NCBI GenBank assembly: GCA_046758085.1
Contig: JBHHZP010000001.1
Coordinates: 3,471 to 67,470, forward strand
Length of the DNA stretch: 64,000 bases
From: Acidiferrobacterales bacterium
GTDB taxonomy: Bacteria; Pseudomonadota; Gammaproteobacteria; Acidiferrobacterales; SPGG2
Direction of reading: 5' to 3'
Below the pieces are notes generated by a model. The model worked only from the letters and a program-made list of their open reading frames with translations. It was not told the origin of the DNA and made no database searches. Position numbers and translations under genes: made by a program. The first letter of the stretch is position 1. Every line of letters begins with the position of its first letter. Shown here one piece after another: positions 8,164 through 17,475 of this stretch.

Positions 8164-9543
8164 CTAGACGAACTGGTACTCGACCTGGAACAGGCGCTCT
8201 ACTTCCGGGATATATTTTTTGTCGACCAGGAACATAATCACATGGTCATTGGGCTGGATAACGGTGTCATGGTGACAAATGATGACTTTTTTCTTGCGTA
8301 CTATGGCACCGATCGTCGTGCCTGGAGGAAGCTTGATGCCCTCGATGGCACGGCCGCAAACGCGCGATGATGTTGCATCGCCGTGCGCCACCGCCTCGAT
8401 TGCCTCGGCGGCGCCACGGCGCAGCGCATGAACGGCAACCACGTCGCCACGGCGCACATGCGTCAGCAGGCTGCCTATAGTTGCCTGCTGCGGCGACACG
8501 GCGATATCGATATTTGCGCCGCTTTGCACCAGGTCAACGTAGGCGGGGCTTTTGATCAACGACATCACGCGGTGCGCACCCAGGCGTTTCGCCAGCATCG
8601 CCGCCAGGATATTGGCCTCGTCGTCGTTGGTAACGGCACAAAACGTGTCGGTATCTTCAATGCCTTCTTTCATCAGCAGGTCTTCATCTGCGGCATTGCC
8701 CAGGAGTACGATGGTCTTGTGCAGCTCCTCGGCCACCTGTCGCGCGCGGGCGGCATCGGACTCGATCATCTTGACCAGAAAGTTCCTGCGCTCGAGCTCC
8801 AGCGCCAGCCGGCGACCGATGTTACCGCCACCGGCGAGCATCACCCGTTTGCCGGGTTTGTCCAGCCTGCGCAGCTCACTCATTACCGCACGGATATGCT
8901 TTTTCGCGGCGATGAAAAACACCTCGTCATCCGCCTCGATGACGGTGTTGCCCTCGGGCATGATTGCGCGATCGCCCCGGTAAATAGCGGCGACACGTGT
9001 ATCGATGCCGGGCAGATGATCGCGCAAGGCGCTAAGCTCGTGCCCCACCAGCGGGCCGCCGTGATAGGCCTTGATGGCGACAAGCTCGACCAGGCCGCCC
9101 GCAAAATCCAGCACCTGTAACGCACTCGGGTACTCGATAAGTCTCTCTATGTAATCCGCAACGAGCTGCTCGGGGCTGATAATGACGTCGACCGGGATCG
9201 CGTCCTGCGCGAAGATTTCCGGGTGCGACAGATACTCCGCGGAGCGAATGCGCGCGATCTTGGTGGGCGTGTGAAACAGCGTGTAGGCCACCTGGCAGGC
9301 GGTCATGTTGGCCTCATCGCTATTGGTGACGGCAAGGATCATGTCCGCGTCCTCGCCACCCGCCTGGCGCAGGATTTCGGGGAAGGCACCGTTACCGACC
9401 ACCGTGCGCAGATCCAACCGGTCCTGCAGCTCCTGCAGACGGCCGGCGTCGGTATCGACGACGGTGATGTCATTGTTTTCGGTTACAAGATTCTCGGCAA
9501 CCGATGTGCCGACCTGGCCACCGCCAAGGATGATTATTTTCAT
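8164..9543 (-). CDS. trkA: Trk-system potassium uptake protein TrkA, 459 aa
   Basis: Two Rossmann NAD-binding motifs ([12 protein letters not shown]; [14 protein letters not shown]), each followed by an RCK_C-like segment. Confidence 0.9.
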   Translation of the reverse strand: MKIIILGGGQVGTSVAENLVTENNDITVVDTDAGRLQELQDRLDLRTVVGNGAFPEILRQAGGEDADMILAVTNSDEANMTACQVAYTLFHTPTKIARIRSAEYLSHPEIFAQDAIPVDVIISPEQLVADYIERLIEYPSALQVLDFAGGLVELVAIKAYHGGPLVGHELSALRDHLPGIDTRVAAIYRGDRAIMPEGNTVIEADDEVFFIAAKKHIRAVMSELRRLDKPGKRVMLAGGGNIGRRLALELERRNFLVKMIESDAARARQVAEELHKTIVLLGNAADEDLLMKEGIEDTDTFCAVTNDDEANILAAMLAKRLGAHRVMSLIKSPAYVDLVQSGANIDIAVSPQQATIGSLLTHVRRGDVVAVHALRRGAAEAIEAVAHGDATSSRVCGRAIEGIKLPPGTTIGAIVRKKKVIICHHDTVIQPNDHVIMFLVDKKYIPEVERLFQVEYQFV

Positions 9544-9569
9544 TTTTGTTGGGGCTTAGTAACCGACCA

Positions 9570-10931
9570 CTATTTTGTTCTTACGGACTTCGGATTAACA
9601 CCAAGGCTCTTAAGCTTGCGGTAAAGGTGTGTCCTTTCCATATCGGCAACGGCAGCGAGCTCACTGACGTTTCCATTAGTCCGTTTAAGATGATATTCCA
9701 GGTACGCTTTTTCAAACTGGTCACGAGCCGCACGTAACGGAAGCATGAATGCTGCTTCCGGCAGCGTTTGGCTCGTCGCAGGCTGGCTCACCAGCGCCTG
9801 TTCCACCTCGGCGGCGCTGATTTCAACGCCTCGATTCAGTATCAATAGCCGCTCAACCATATTTTTCAACTCTTGAATGTTTCCGGGCCACGAATAGTTG
9901 CGCAGCTCGTTCATGGCCGAGGTCGAGAACTTGCGGTATGGCAGTTGCTCGTGCTCTACCATCCAGTCACAGTAGAAGTTGACGAGCTCGGGCACGTCTT
10001 CATGGTGGTCTCGCAACGGTGGAATAACTATGGGCACCACATTCAAGAAGTAGTACAGGTCTTCGCGTAGCCGACCGTCGTTGACGGCCACCTGCAAGTC
10101 ATGGCTGCTGGTGGCCACGACCCGGACGTCCAGCTCGAGCGACTCATCGCTGCCTACGCGCTCAAAACGTGTCTCTTCGAGGGCCCGTAACAGCCGCGGC
10201 TGCAGTGCAGAATCGAGGTCGGCAATTTCATCCAGCACCAAAGTGCCGCCACGTGCCTGCTCGAGCTGTCCCGGGAAAACGCGGTTGCCCTTTCGAATTC
10301 CAAAAAGCTGGGCGGTGACCTCATCAACTGGTATCGCAGCGAAGCTTATCTCGACCAGGGGCTGGCGTGATCGCACGCTTTTGTAATGCAAGTAGCGTGC
10401 AGCGATTGATTTACCACTCCCGGGCTCGCCGGTAATAAGCACACAGCTATCTGTGGCGGCGACGCGCTCGAGATCATCGCGCAGCTGTTGCATCACCGCA
10501 CTTTTGCCGGCCGGGATCGCGACCGTTGGTGCGCTGCGCTGAGTACCCTGCGGGGTCTGCTGCATGCGCTGCAAGGCGCGCTCCAGCGTTACGAGCAGCT
10601 TGCCCATTGACAAGGGTTTTTCGATGAAGTCAGTCGCGCCCAGTCGTGTGGCCTCGACCGCCGTATCGACGGTACCGTGGCCCGACATCATGACCACTGG
10701 CACGTCAGGTGTGCCAGAACGCGACCATTCCTTCAGCAACGAGATCCCGTCCGTGTCCGGCATCCAGATATCCAGCAGTACGAGATCGAGGCGCTCATTC
10801 GCATAGGCCTCGCGCGCCGTCGTGGCATCTTCCGCCGTTACGACCTCGTACTGCTCGTCTTCGAGGATTTCCTTGACGAGCCGGCGAATTTCCGGCTCGT
10901 CGTCAACCACGAGAATGCATTCGCCTGTCAT
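9570..10931 (-). CDS. ntrX: Two-component response regulator NtrX (REC + AAA+ + HTH), 453 aa
   Basis: It has a receiver domain (LVVDDEPEIR ... DLVLLDIWMPD), Walker A GEPGSGKS and a C-terminal Fis-type HTH. The GAFTGA loop is replaced (FGIRKGNRVFPG), as in NtrX. It is paired with ntrY. Confidence 0.8.
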   Translation of the reverse strand: MTGECILVVDDEPEIRRLVKEILEDEQYEVVTAEDATTAREAYANERLDLVLLDIWMPDTDGISLLKEWSRSGTPDVPVVMMSGHGTVDTAVEATRLGATDFIEKPLSMGKLLVTLERALQRMQQTPQGTQRSAPTVAIPAGKSAVMQQLRDDLERVAATDSCVLITGEPGSGKSIAARYLHYKSVRSRQPLVEISFAAIPVDEVTAQLFGIRKGNRVFPGQLEQARGGTLVLDEIADLDSALQPRLLRALEETRFERVGSDESLELDVRVVATSSHDLQVAVNDGRLREDLYYFLNVVPIVIPPLRDHHEDVPELVNFYCDWMVEHEQLPYRKFSTSAMNELRNYSWPGNIQELKNMVERLLILNRGVEISAAEVEQALVSQPATSQTLPEAAFMLPLRAARDQFEKAYLEYHLKRTNGNVSELAAVADMERTHLYRKLKSLGVNPKSVRTK

Positions 10932-13249
10932 GCACGCTTCTCCCGTAAAGTATCTGCCCTGGCGTTCCCGCGGGCGCCTTCGCCGGCGGATAAAGTCTTT
11001 TCACTGACTGGCAATCGAATGGTAATTCGTGCGCCGCTGCCCGCTATGTTCTCGGCGGTCAACGTGCCGCTATGTTCCTCCACGATCTTCTTGACGATCG
11101 CCAACCCGAGGCCCGTGCCCTTGTCATGGCTTGTAACATAAGGCTCAAACAGGTGGTCCATAAGTACCTCGGGAATGCCGGGACCGTTGTCTTGTATGGT
11201 GAGCACAGCGGTCGCGCCGCGCACATCCTGCACGGTGCGCGTGCCGATGCGGATGACCGGCTGCTCGCGCCCTGTCAGGGCCTGACGCGCGTTCAGTAGC
11301 AAGTTATGCAACACCTGCCGCAGGCGACCCGCGTCGGCGGTAATAGCAGGAAGCTTCGTATCGAGATCGAGCTCGATCACGGGCGCCGCCGGCGCTGGCG
11401 TGATTTCGCCGCTCGACTCAGCGTCCTGCGGCAACGGGCGCGTGGAAATGTTGTCGCCCGCATTGTAGAGCTCGACCACGTCTCGAATCAGGTCATTGAG
11501 ATCCATTGCCGTTGCTTGTACCTGCACACTACGAGCGTAGTCGGAAAACGCGTTTACCATGGATTTCAGCGCTTCTACCTGCTCAACGATGGTGCGGGTG
11601 GCGCGATCCAAGGTTTCGTGTTCGTTGTGCCCAAGCTGGACCATGCACTTGTGACGGATGCGCTCAGCCGACAGCTGTATCGGCGTGAGCGGGTTCCTGA
11701 TCTCGTGCGCCAATCGTCGCGCAACCTCGCGCCAGGCGGCATCACGTTCCGCTTGAATTAGGGCGGTGACGTCGTCAAAGACCACGACGAAGCCGCCTTT
11801 TTTTCGCCGCAGCTTGGGCAGCATCGTCCCGCGCAGCAGCAATGAGCGCTTACCGTGCTGCCCCGGCAGGTTCACTTCGGCCTGCCACTCGCCGCGCCCC
11901 TGCTCGGTGGCGTCGCGTATGGCCTGGCAGAAGCCGGCAAGCTCCGGATGCGACTTGGTAAGGTGCAACAGCGATTTCCCTTCGCTGGGCTGCAAATCAG
12001 CTCGCAGGATATGAGCGGCGGCTGCGTTGTGGGTGCGCAAGTGGTGTCGTTGGTCGAAAGACAACACACCCGAAGACAGGTGTGTCAACACAGTCTCGAG
12101 GTAGGTGCGTTGCATCTCGGCTTCCGCGCGGGAGCGTTTGATCTGATCCTGTGCATCGTGGATCTTCCGGGTCATGTCGTTGAAAGACTGGACGAGCACA
12201 CCGAATTCGTCTTTTCCGGTCACCGGGAGATGCTTGCGATAGTCGCCCTCGGCGACCGCACGCGTGCCGGCCGCCAAGTCTCGCACCGGCGCGACCAGCC
12301 GCCGGGCCGAGAAGATTGCAGCCGACACCGAGATCAACATGGTGAGTAGCGCCACCAGACCAAGCGTCAGCGTGAAACCGAACTTCAGCGGGCCACGCAA
12401 GTACACCAGCTTCTCGTATTCGGCAAATGCCGTTTGTACGCTCTGGCCAAGCTGTGCATAGCGTGTAGGCAGCGGCTGCAGCAGCTGCAGGATGCGCATT
12501 GGGGTACCGACCTCACGCGCGTACACGGGGACCACGACGCGTAGCTGCAAGTCGGTCTTCCCGATCGGGTCGAGGTGGGCGTAGATGTCCCCCTGGCGCA
12601 CCAGCGAAAGAATGGTTTCGCTCGGCTGATCAGGAATCAGACTGCCGGTGTCGGGCCCGGCTTCACTGCTGGAAGCAATGATTGCCCCATCTTGGGAAAA
12701 CAAGGTGATCTCCGAGATACCGTACTTCTCGCGCAGAAAATCGAGCGCGGTCACCGCCAGCTTGTCTGGACTGTCCTGGAGATCCCCCGCCATTTCTTTT
12801 GCCGTGTTCAGCTGGTCTTGCGTGATCGCATCCAGCGCACTACGGCCCACCAATAGTGCATTGTCCAGCGCTTGCCCGGTTTTTACGTCAAACCAGCTGT
12901 CGATTCCCTTGTTTACGGCCTGCAAAGAAAAGACCAGCACCACGGAGACCGGGATGACCGCGAGTAGCACGAACATGCCAAGCAGGCGCACCGTGAGGCG
13001 CGAGCCCATAACCCGTGCTCGATATTGGCTGGCAAGCCGGTAGAGATTAACCAGGATCAGCGTCAGCAGCAGGATAATGCCGAAGATGCTGACGACGAGC
13101 AGAAACGGGTAGAGCCGGCCGGACAGCGCCGAGGATTGTGTCGCCGCATCCATCATCAGCAGCGCACCTAACAGTAAGACCGACAATACTACGAGCGGCA
13201 CGATGCCGGTGGCATAACGTGTTAATGTTGAACGTACCATTCGGTCCAC
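10928..13249 (-). CDS. ntrY: Sensor histidine kinase NtrY (TM-HAMP-PAS-HisKA-HATPase), about 770 aa
   Basis: It has N-terminal TM helices, a HAMP-like segment, the H-box LAHEIRNPLTPI and the G-box GTGLGLAIV. It overlaps ntrX by 4 nt. Start is GTG 13249 or ATG 13240. Confidence 0.8.
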   Translation of the reverse strand: MDRMVRSTLTRYATGIVPLVVLSVLLLGALLMMDAATQSSALSGRLYPFLLVVSIFGIILLLTLILVNLYRLASQYRARVMGSRLTVRLLGMFVLLAVIPVSVVLVFSLQAVNKGIDSWFDVKTGQALDNALLVGRSALDAITQDQLNTAKEMAGDLQDSPDKLAVTALDFLREKYGISEITLFSQDGAIIASSSEAGPDTGSLIPDQPSETILSLVRQGDIYAHLDPIGKTDLQLRVVVPVYAREVGTPMRILQLLQPLPTRYAQLGQSVQTAFAEYEKLVYLRGPLKFGFTLTLGLVALLTMLISVSAAIFSARRLVAPVRDLAAGTRAVAEGDYRKHLPVTGKDEFGVLVQSFNDMTRKIHDAQDQIKRSRAEAEMQRTYLETVLTHLSSGVLSFDQRHHLRTHNAAAAHILRADLQPSEGKSLLHLTKSHPELAGFCQAIRDATEQGRGEWQAEVNLPGQHGKRSLLLRGTMLPKLRRKKGGFVVVFDDVTALIQAERDAAWREVARRLAHEIRNPLTPIQLSAERIRHKCMVQLGHNEHETLDRATRTIVEQVEALKSMVNAFSDYARSVQVQATAMDLNDLIRDVVELYNAGDNISTRPLPQDAESSGEITPAPAAPVIELDLDTKLPAITADAGRLRQVLHNLLLNARQALTGREQPVIRIGTRTVQDVRGATAVLTIQDNGPGIPEVLMDHLFEPYVTSHDKGTGLGLAIVKKIVEEHSGTLTAENIAGSGARITIRLPVSEKTLSAGEGARGNARADTLREKRA

Positions 13250-13773
13250 CCGCTGTTGAGGTGCCAGGCGAGCGATGTGTATGCCACCGGGCGCAATGGT
13301 GCCGGCAACGCCTCCACGTCGAGGCTCGCGCGCACGCTCACATAGTATGTATCCTCGCCGTTAGGGAGCTCATCCAGGGGCAGTTTCAGCTCCTCGAGCG
13401 TGCCCATGCCGGCGAGCGCCGCTTGCAGCGACGCAAAGCTCTCGACCGCATCAGGCCGGTGCCCGGCGACGAGATACTGGCGCGATAACGCATGGTAACT
13501 GATCCCGCGCCGCATTACCCAGCTCTGCATGCGACGGTCCCAGATCACCGGCCGCTTGCGGTAGAGACTGATATCAATGATCACGTCGATCGGTATGCCC
13601 TTGCTCAAGGCCTCTTCGACCTTGGACGTCAGCCCCAGTTCCAGGGTCCCCGAGAGCACCAGCTTGCCGTCGGCGACACGCGGTGAGATGCGCGTAACCT
13701 TAAAGTCCGCCTGCGCCGGGAGTGCGCTCAGCACACCGCTGAGGAGCAGCACCGTCAGCCATTTAGCCTGCAT
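13222..13773 (-). CDS. DUF4390-like periplasmic protein, 183 aa
   Basis: It has signal peptide MQAKWLTVLLLSGVLSALPAQA and occupies the conserved position between rsmB and ntrY. Family recalled from memory. Confidence 0.65.
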   Translation of the reverse strand: MQAKWLTVLLLSGVLSALPAQADFKVTRISPRVADGKLVLSGTLELGLTSKVEEALSKGIPIDVIIDISLYRKRPVIWDRRMQSWVMRRGISYHALSRQYLVAGHRPDAVESFASLQAALAGMGTLEELKLPLDELPNGEDTYYVSVRASLDVEALPAPLRPVAYTSLAWHLNSGWTEWYVQH

Positions 13774-13935
13774 TTCTCACCAGCTGCCTACTGTGGGTGC
13801 GTATCTGCCCACAGCGCGTTCGGTTGTGTGCTCAATGCAGTGTAAGCTACGCCTCCGCGCATTTTCTCTCTCGCGCCTTGTCTCGACGGCCATCTCCGCG
13901 CCCTCGCGACGATACGCGGTGAGAAATGCAGGCTA
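13764..13935 (-). promoter_or_regulatory. 18-bp perfect inverted repeat bracketing the rsmB/DUF4390 spacer (candidate long-range RNA helix)
   Basis: 13764-13781 tagcctgcatttctcacc is the exact reverse complement of 13918-13935 ggtgagaaatgcaggcta. One arm contains the rsmB stop codon; the other contains the SD-like GGTGAG and the ATG of the downstream gene. Confidence 0.5.
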
Positions 13936-15270
13936 GGTCTTTCGCAGGCACGCATAGTAAAACCCATCCATATCCTCCTGTCCCGGCAATATCTGGATAC
14001 CTGGGGCTCGTGCTATGCCGACGGGCGCGGCTAATGTCAAAGCCGCCGCATCGCCATGACGGGCCATAAACGCACTGACCTGCTGGTCGTTTTCCGCCGG
14101 CAGCACCGAGCACGTCACGTATAAAAGCTTACCGCCGCTGGCCAGCAAGGACCACAGCCCATCGAGAATGCGCGCCTGTAAGCGCACCAGGCTCTCCACG
14201 ACCGCGCGGCTGCAATGCAGCTTAATATCGGGGTGACGCCGGATCACGCCGCTGCCGGAGCACGGCGCATCCACTAGGATGCGATTGAACGGCACACCGT
14301 CCCACCACTTGCTCGGATCGGCGGCGTCACCCACGATCACCGCCGCCTCCAGTCGCAGGCGCACGAGGTTCTCATAGACAAGCCGGCGTCGTACCGGCTC
14401 CTTGTCGAGTGCCACGATGTGCGCCGTGCCGGCGCAACGCTCCAGAATGTGTCCGAGCTTGCCGCCGGGAGCGGCGCAGGCGTCGAGCACGCGCTCCCCG
14501 GCGTGCACGTCGAGCAACTCGGGCGCTAGCTGGGCCGCTGCATCCTGTACCGAGACGCGGCCCTCGGCAAAGCCCGGTAGTGCGCTGACCGACACCGGCG
14601 TGTCTAGCACCACGGCAGCGCCAAGGCGTGGCACCGGCGTGGCCCGGAGCCCCGCATCGAGCAAGCACGCCAGGTATTCGTCGCGACTGTTCCGCCGCAA
14701 GTTGACCCGCAAGCTCATAGGCGGACGGCGGTTGTTGGCCTCCACAATCGCCCGGTAGTGATCGGGCCAGCTCCGGTGCAGCGCGTCCAACAGCCAGCGC
14801 GGATGGGCACTGGCAAGCATCGGATCGCGGCGAACCTGTTCGAGAAGTGGCTCCTTGTTGCGCGTGAAGGAGCGCAGGCAGGCGTTCAGCAGCGCCTTGG
14901 CCCAGGGTTTACCGAGCACGGTGGTGGCCGCTACCGTCTCGGCGACTGCGGCGTGGGCCGGTACGCGCATGTGAATCAATTGGTAAAGCCCTACCAGCAG
15001 CAAGGCGTGCAGGACCCGGTCGCGGCTCCGCAGTGGCCGCTCAAGCAACTTACGCGCGATATACTGCAACGGCTGGGCCCAACGCAGCGTACCATAGGCC
15101 ATTTCCTGCACCAGCGCAGCGGTGGTGGCGCCGCGCTGGTCGGGCGTAGCCAGGGCGGTTTCAAGGGCCCGGTCGAGCAATCGACTGCCATAGATGACCT
15201 GTTCAACCACGCGTGCCGCGGTGGCACGGGCTTCGCTGGCGGCACTGGGCGCCGTGGGCATAGCCTGCAC
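13933..15270 (-). CDS. rsmB: 16S rRNA (cytosine967-C5)-methyltransferase RsmB, 445 aa
   Basis: It has an NusB-like N-terminal domain, the SAM motif VLDACAAPGGK and catalytic DAPCSGSGVIRRHPD. It follows fmt as in the canonical order. Confidence 0.9.
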   Translation of the reverse strand: MQAMPTAPSAASEARATAARVVEQVIYGSRLLDRALETALATPDQRGATTAALVQEMAYGTLRWAQPLQYIARKLLERPLRSRDRVLHALLLVGLYQLIHMRVPAHAAVAETVAATTVLGKPWAKALLNACLRSFTRNKEPLLEQVRRDPMLASAHPRWLLDALHRSWPDHYRAIVEANNRRPPMSLRVNLRRNSRDEYLACLLDAGLRATPVPRLGAAVVLDTPVSVSALPGFAEGRVSVQDAAAQLAPELLDVHAGERVLDACAAPGGKLGHILERCAGTAHIVALDKEPVRRRLVYENLVRLRLEAAVIVGDAADPSKWWDGVPFNRILVDAPCSGSGVIRRHPDIKLHCSRAVVESLVRLQARILDGLWSLLASGGKLLYVTCSVLPAENDQQVSAFMARHGDAAALTLAAPVGIARAPGIQILPGQEDMDGFYYACLRKT

Positions 15271-15317
15271 CGCTTAAACGCCGCACGCCGAGGCGCCGAA
15301 AACCTGCGTCGGCAACG

Positions 15318-16256
15318 TCATACCAGGGATTCCCCCGCCGTCAGCCGATGGCCATTGATGAAGGCTTGCGCGGTCAACAGCTTGCCTCCCTCGAGCTGCA
15401 GCCGTCGAATCACGAGCACGCCATCGCCGGTGCGCACGCGGATACCATGCTGGTCCGCGCTCAACACCGTCCCCGGTGCGACGTCCTGTCCCCCGCATGC
15501 GTCCTCGACCGGCCCGATTTCCCAGATGCGAAGCTGGCGGTCGCGAAATCGCGTCTGTGCCACAGGCCAGGGATTAAATGCGCGAACCTTACGCGCAAGT
15601 ACCCGCGCCGGCGCGCTCCAGTCAAGAATGGCTTCCTCTTTGCGCAACTTGGGGGCGTAGCATGCGCAAGCCCCATCCTGCGGCCGCGGAACGATCTGTC
15701 CCTTGGCGAGCTTGCCCAAGGTGTCGAGGAGCAGCGCCGCCCCCAGCGGCGCCAGTCGATCGTACAAGCTCTGCGCGGTGTCGTCCTCATGCACTGCGAG
15801 CTGCTGCTGCGCCAGTAGGTCGCCCGTATCCATACCTTCGTCCATTTGCATGATGGTGATGCCGGTGATCTCGTCGCCGGCCTCCAGGCTGCGCGCGATA
15901 GGTGCGGCACCGCGCCAGCGCGGCAGCAGCGAGGCGTGAACATTGATACCGCCAAATCGCGGAATTTCCAGGACCGCCGCAGGCAGGATCAGCCCGTAGG
16001 CAACCACCACCAGCACCTCGGGGGCCAGGGCCTTTAGCTGTGATGTCGCCAGCGGGTCGAAATTTGCGGGCTGCAACACCGCCAGCCCCAGCTCCAGCGC
16101 CAGCTCCTTGACGGCAGTCATCCTGGGGTGCCGGCCGCGCCCCGCCGGCCGGTCAGGCTGAGTGTAAACGGCCTGGACCGTGTGCTGCCTCGCTTCAACA
16201 AGCGCGCGCAGCGTCGGTACGGCGAAGGCGGGGGTTCCGGCAAAGACGATGTTCAT
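15318..16256 (-). CDS. fmt: Methionyl-tRNA formyltransferase, 312 aa
   Basis: MNIVFAGTPAFAVP ... INVHASLLPRWRGAAPI is the formyltransferase signature. Confidence 0.92.
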   Translation of the reverse strand: MNIVFAGTPAFAVPTLRALVEARQHTVQAVYTQPDRPAGRGRHPRMTAVKELALELGLAVLQPANFDPLATSQLKALAPEVLVVVAYGLILPAAVLEIPRFGGINVHASLLPRWRGAAPIARSLEAGDEITGITIMQMDEGMDTGDLLAQQQLAVHEDDTAQSLYDRLAPLGAALLLDTLGKLAKGQIVPRPQDGACACYAPKLRKEEAILDWSAPARVLARKVRAFNPWPVAQTRFRDRQLRIWEIGPVEDACGGQDVAPGTVLSADQHGIRVRTGDGVLVIRRLQLEGGKLLTAQAFINGHRLTAGESLV

Positions 16257-16797
16257 GAATCAGGCTCGCTATGAAAGTATTTAAGGTCGGCGCAATAGTA
16301 ACAAGTAGCAAGTTTGAAGGAACAATCTGCTAGCATCCACTGCTCCATAAATCCCGCCGTCGCCCAAACCTGACGAGCATTTTCTTCTTAGACATGCGAC
16401 GCTGCACCCCTGCGTTTCGCCTTGTGCAACCGGGCACACTCGCCTTATTTCGGCTCACCCGCCGGAGCCTTGGCAATGCCCCGGTTCACCCGTGGGGAGC
16501 TCGTTCGGGCGGGAAAACCGCCAGGGGCACTTTTTCTTCCTCGGCCTCACCTCCGTAGGCGACGGTCTCGGACATAAATGCTCGTCATGTCTCCACCGGG
16601 GCCGACTGGAAACGCTTTGCTAGTCTTGAAAGGTTACAGGAACGCCGCGCCGAGGCTTGTGCGACGGCGGTGACTAACAAGATCTGTTTTTCTACGTTGT
16701 AACTTGCAAGGAGGTGCTTTTTCAGGCCCCGCGTGCGGCTGTGCGCAATCTGTGACCGCGATCTTCCGCCGCTGTCTCAGGCAGCGGGCGCAGGGCC

Positions 16798-17301
16798 TTA
16801 CATTGCCAGACGTTGTTGCTTTTCGAGCTTCTTGCGAACACGCTGTTGTTTGAGGCGAGACAGATAATCGACAAACAGCTTGCCCTCGAGATGGTCAATC
16901 TCGTGCTGGATGCAGGTGGCCAGCAAGGCGCTCGTTTGGAGCTCGAATGTTTTGCCGTCGCGAGCTTGGGCGCGCACCGTGATGCGCTCGGCTCGAGTCA
17001 CGCTATCGTAGATTCCGGGGACCGAGAGACAGCCCTCTTCCAGAGTCTGTTCGCCCTCGTGGGTAATGATTTCGGGGTTGACGAACACCCGCAGGTCGTT
17101 CTTGGTTTCGGAAATGTCGATCACGATAACCCGCTGTACCACGTCCACCTGTGGGGCAGCGAGGCCAATACCCGGAGCGTCGTACATGGTCTCCGCCATG
17201 TCATCGATCAACGTCCGGATCTCGTCGTCGACGCGTTCGACAGGCTGCGCGATACGGCGCAAGCGCGGATCGGGATAGTGCAGGATTTTGCGTATCGCCA
17301 T
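16798..17301 (-). CDS. def: Peptide deformylase, 167 aa
   Basis: [16 protein letters not shown] and HEIDHLEG metal-binding motifs are present. Confidence 0.95.
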   Translation of the reverse strand: MAIRKILHYPDPRLRRIAQPVERVDDEIRTLIDDMAETMYDAPGIGLAAPQVDVVQRVIVIDISETKNDLRVFVNPEIITHEGEQTLEEGCLSVPGIYDSVTRAERITVRAQARDGKTFELQTSALLATCIQHEIDHLEGKLFVDYLSRLKQQRVRKKLEKQQRLAM

Positions 17302-17475
17302 CAGTGGCCTTTTACATCTTTAGTCGAGCAGCTTAGTTGCGGTTGTTGCGAAAGCGGTTTACGATTAAATCGGATGTTATTGAATTACAATACGAATTTC
17401 CACATATCGCCATTGGCGGGGCTCACTATTATGGACTACACTCATCGGCAAAGATTAAAGCGAAATATAGATAAC

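Noticed and set aside
8383-9120. 245-aa plus-strand ORF inside trkA
   Set aside because: It is antisense to trkA, which has clear NAD-binding motifs, so it is treated as a GC-rich shadow ORF.
16813-17475. N-terminal 221 codons of the 611-aa plus-strand ORF (16813-18648)
   Set aside because: This part is antisense to def and to the def/LysM divergent promoter. The real LysM gene starts at the signal peptide (ATG 17476, or possibly 17431).
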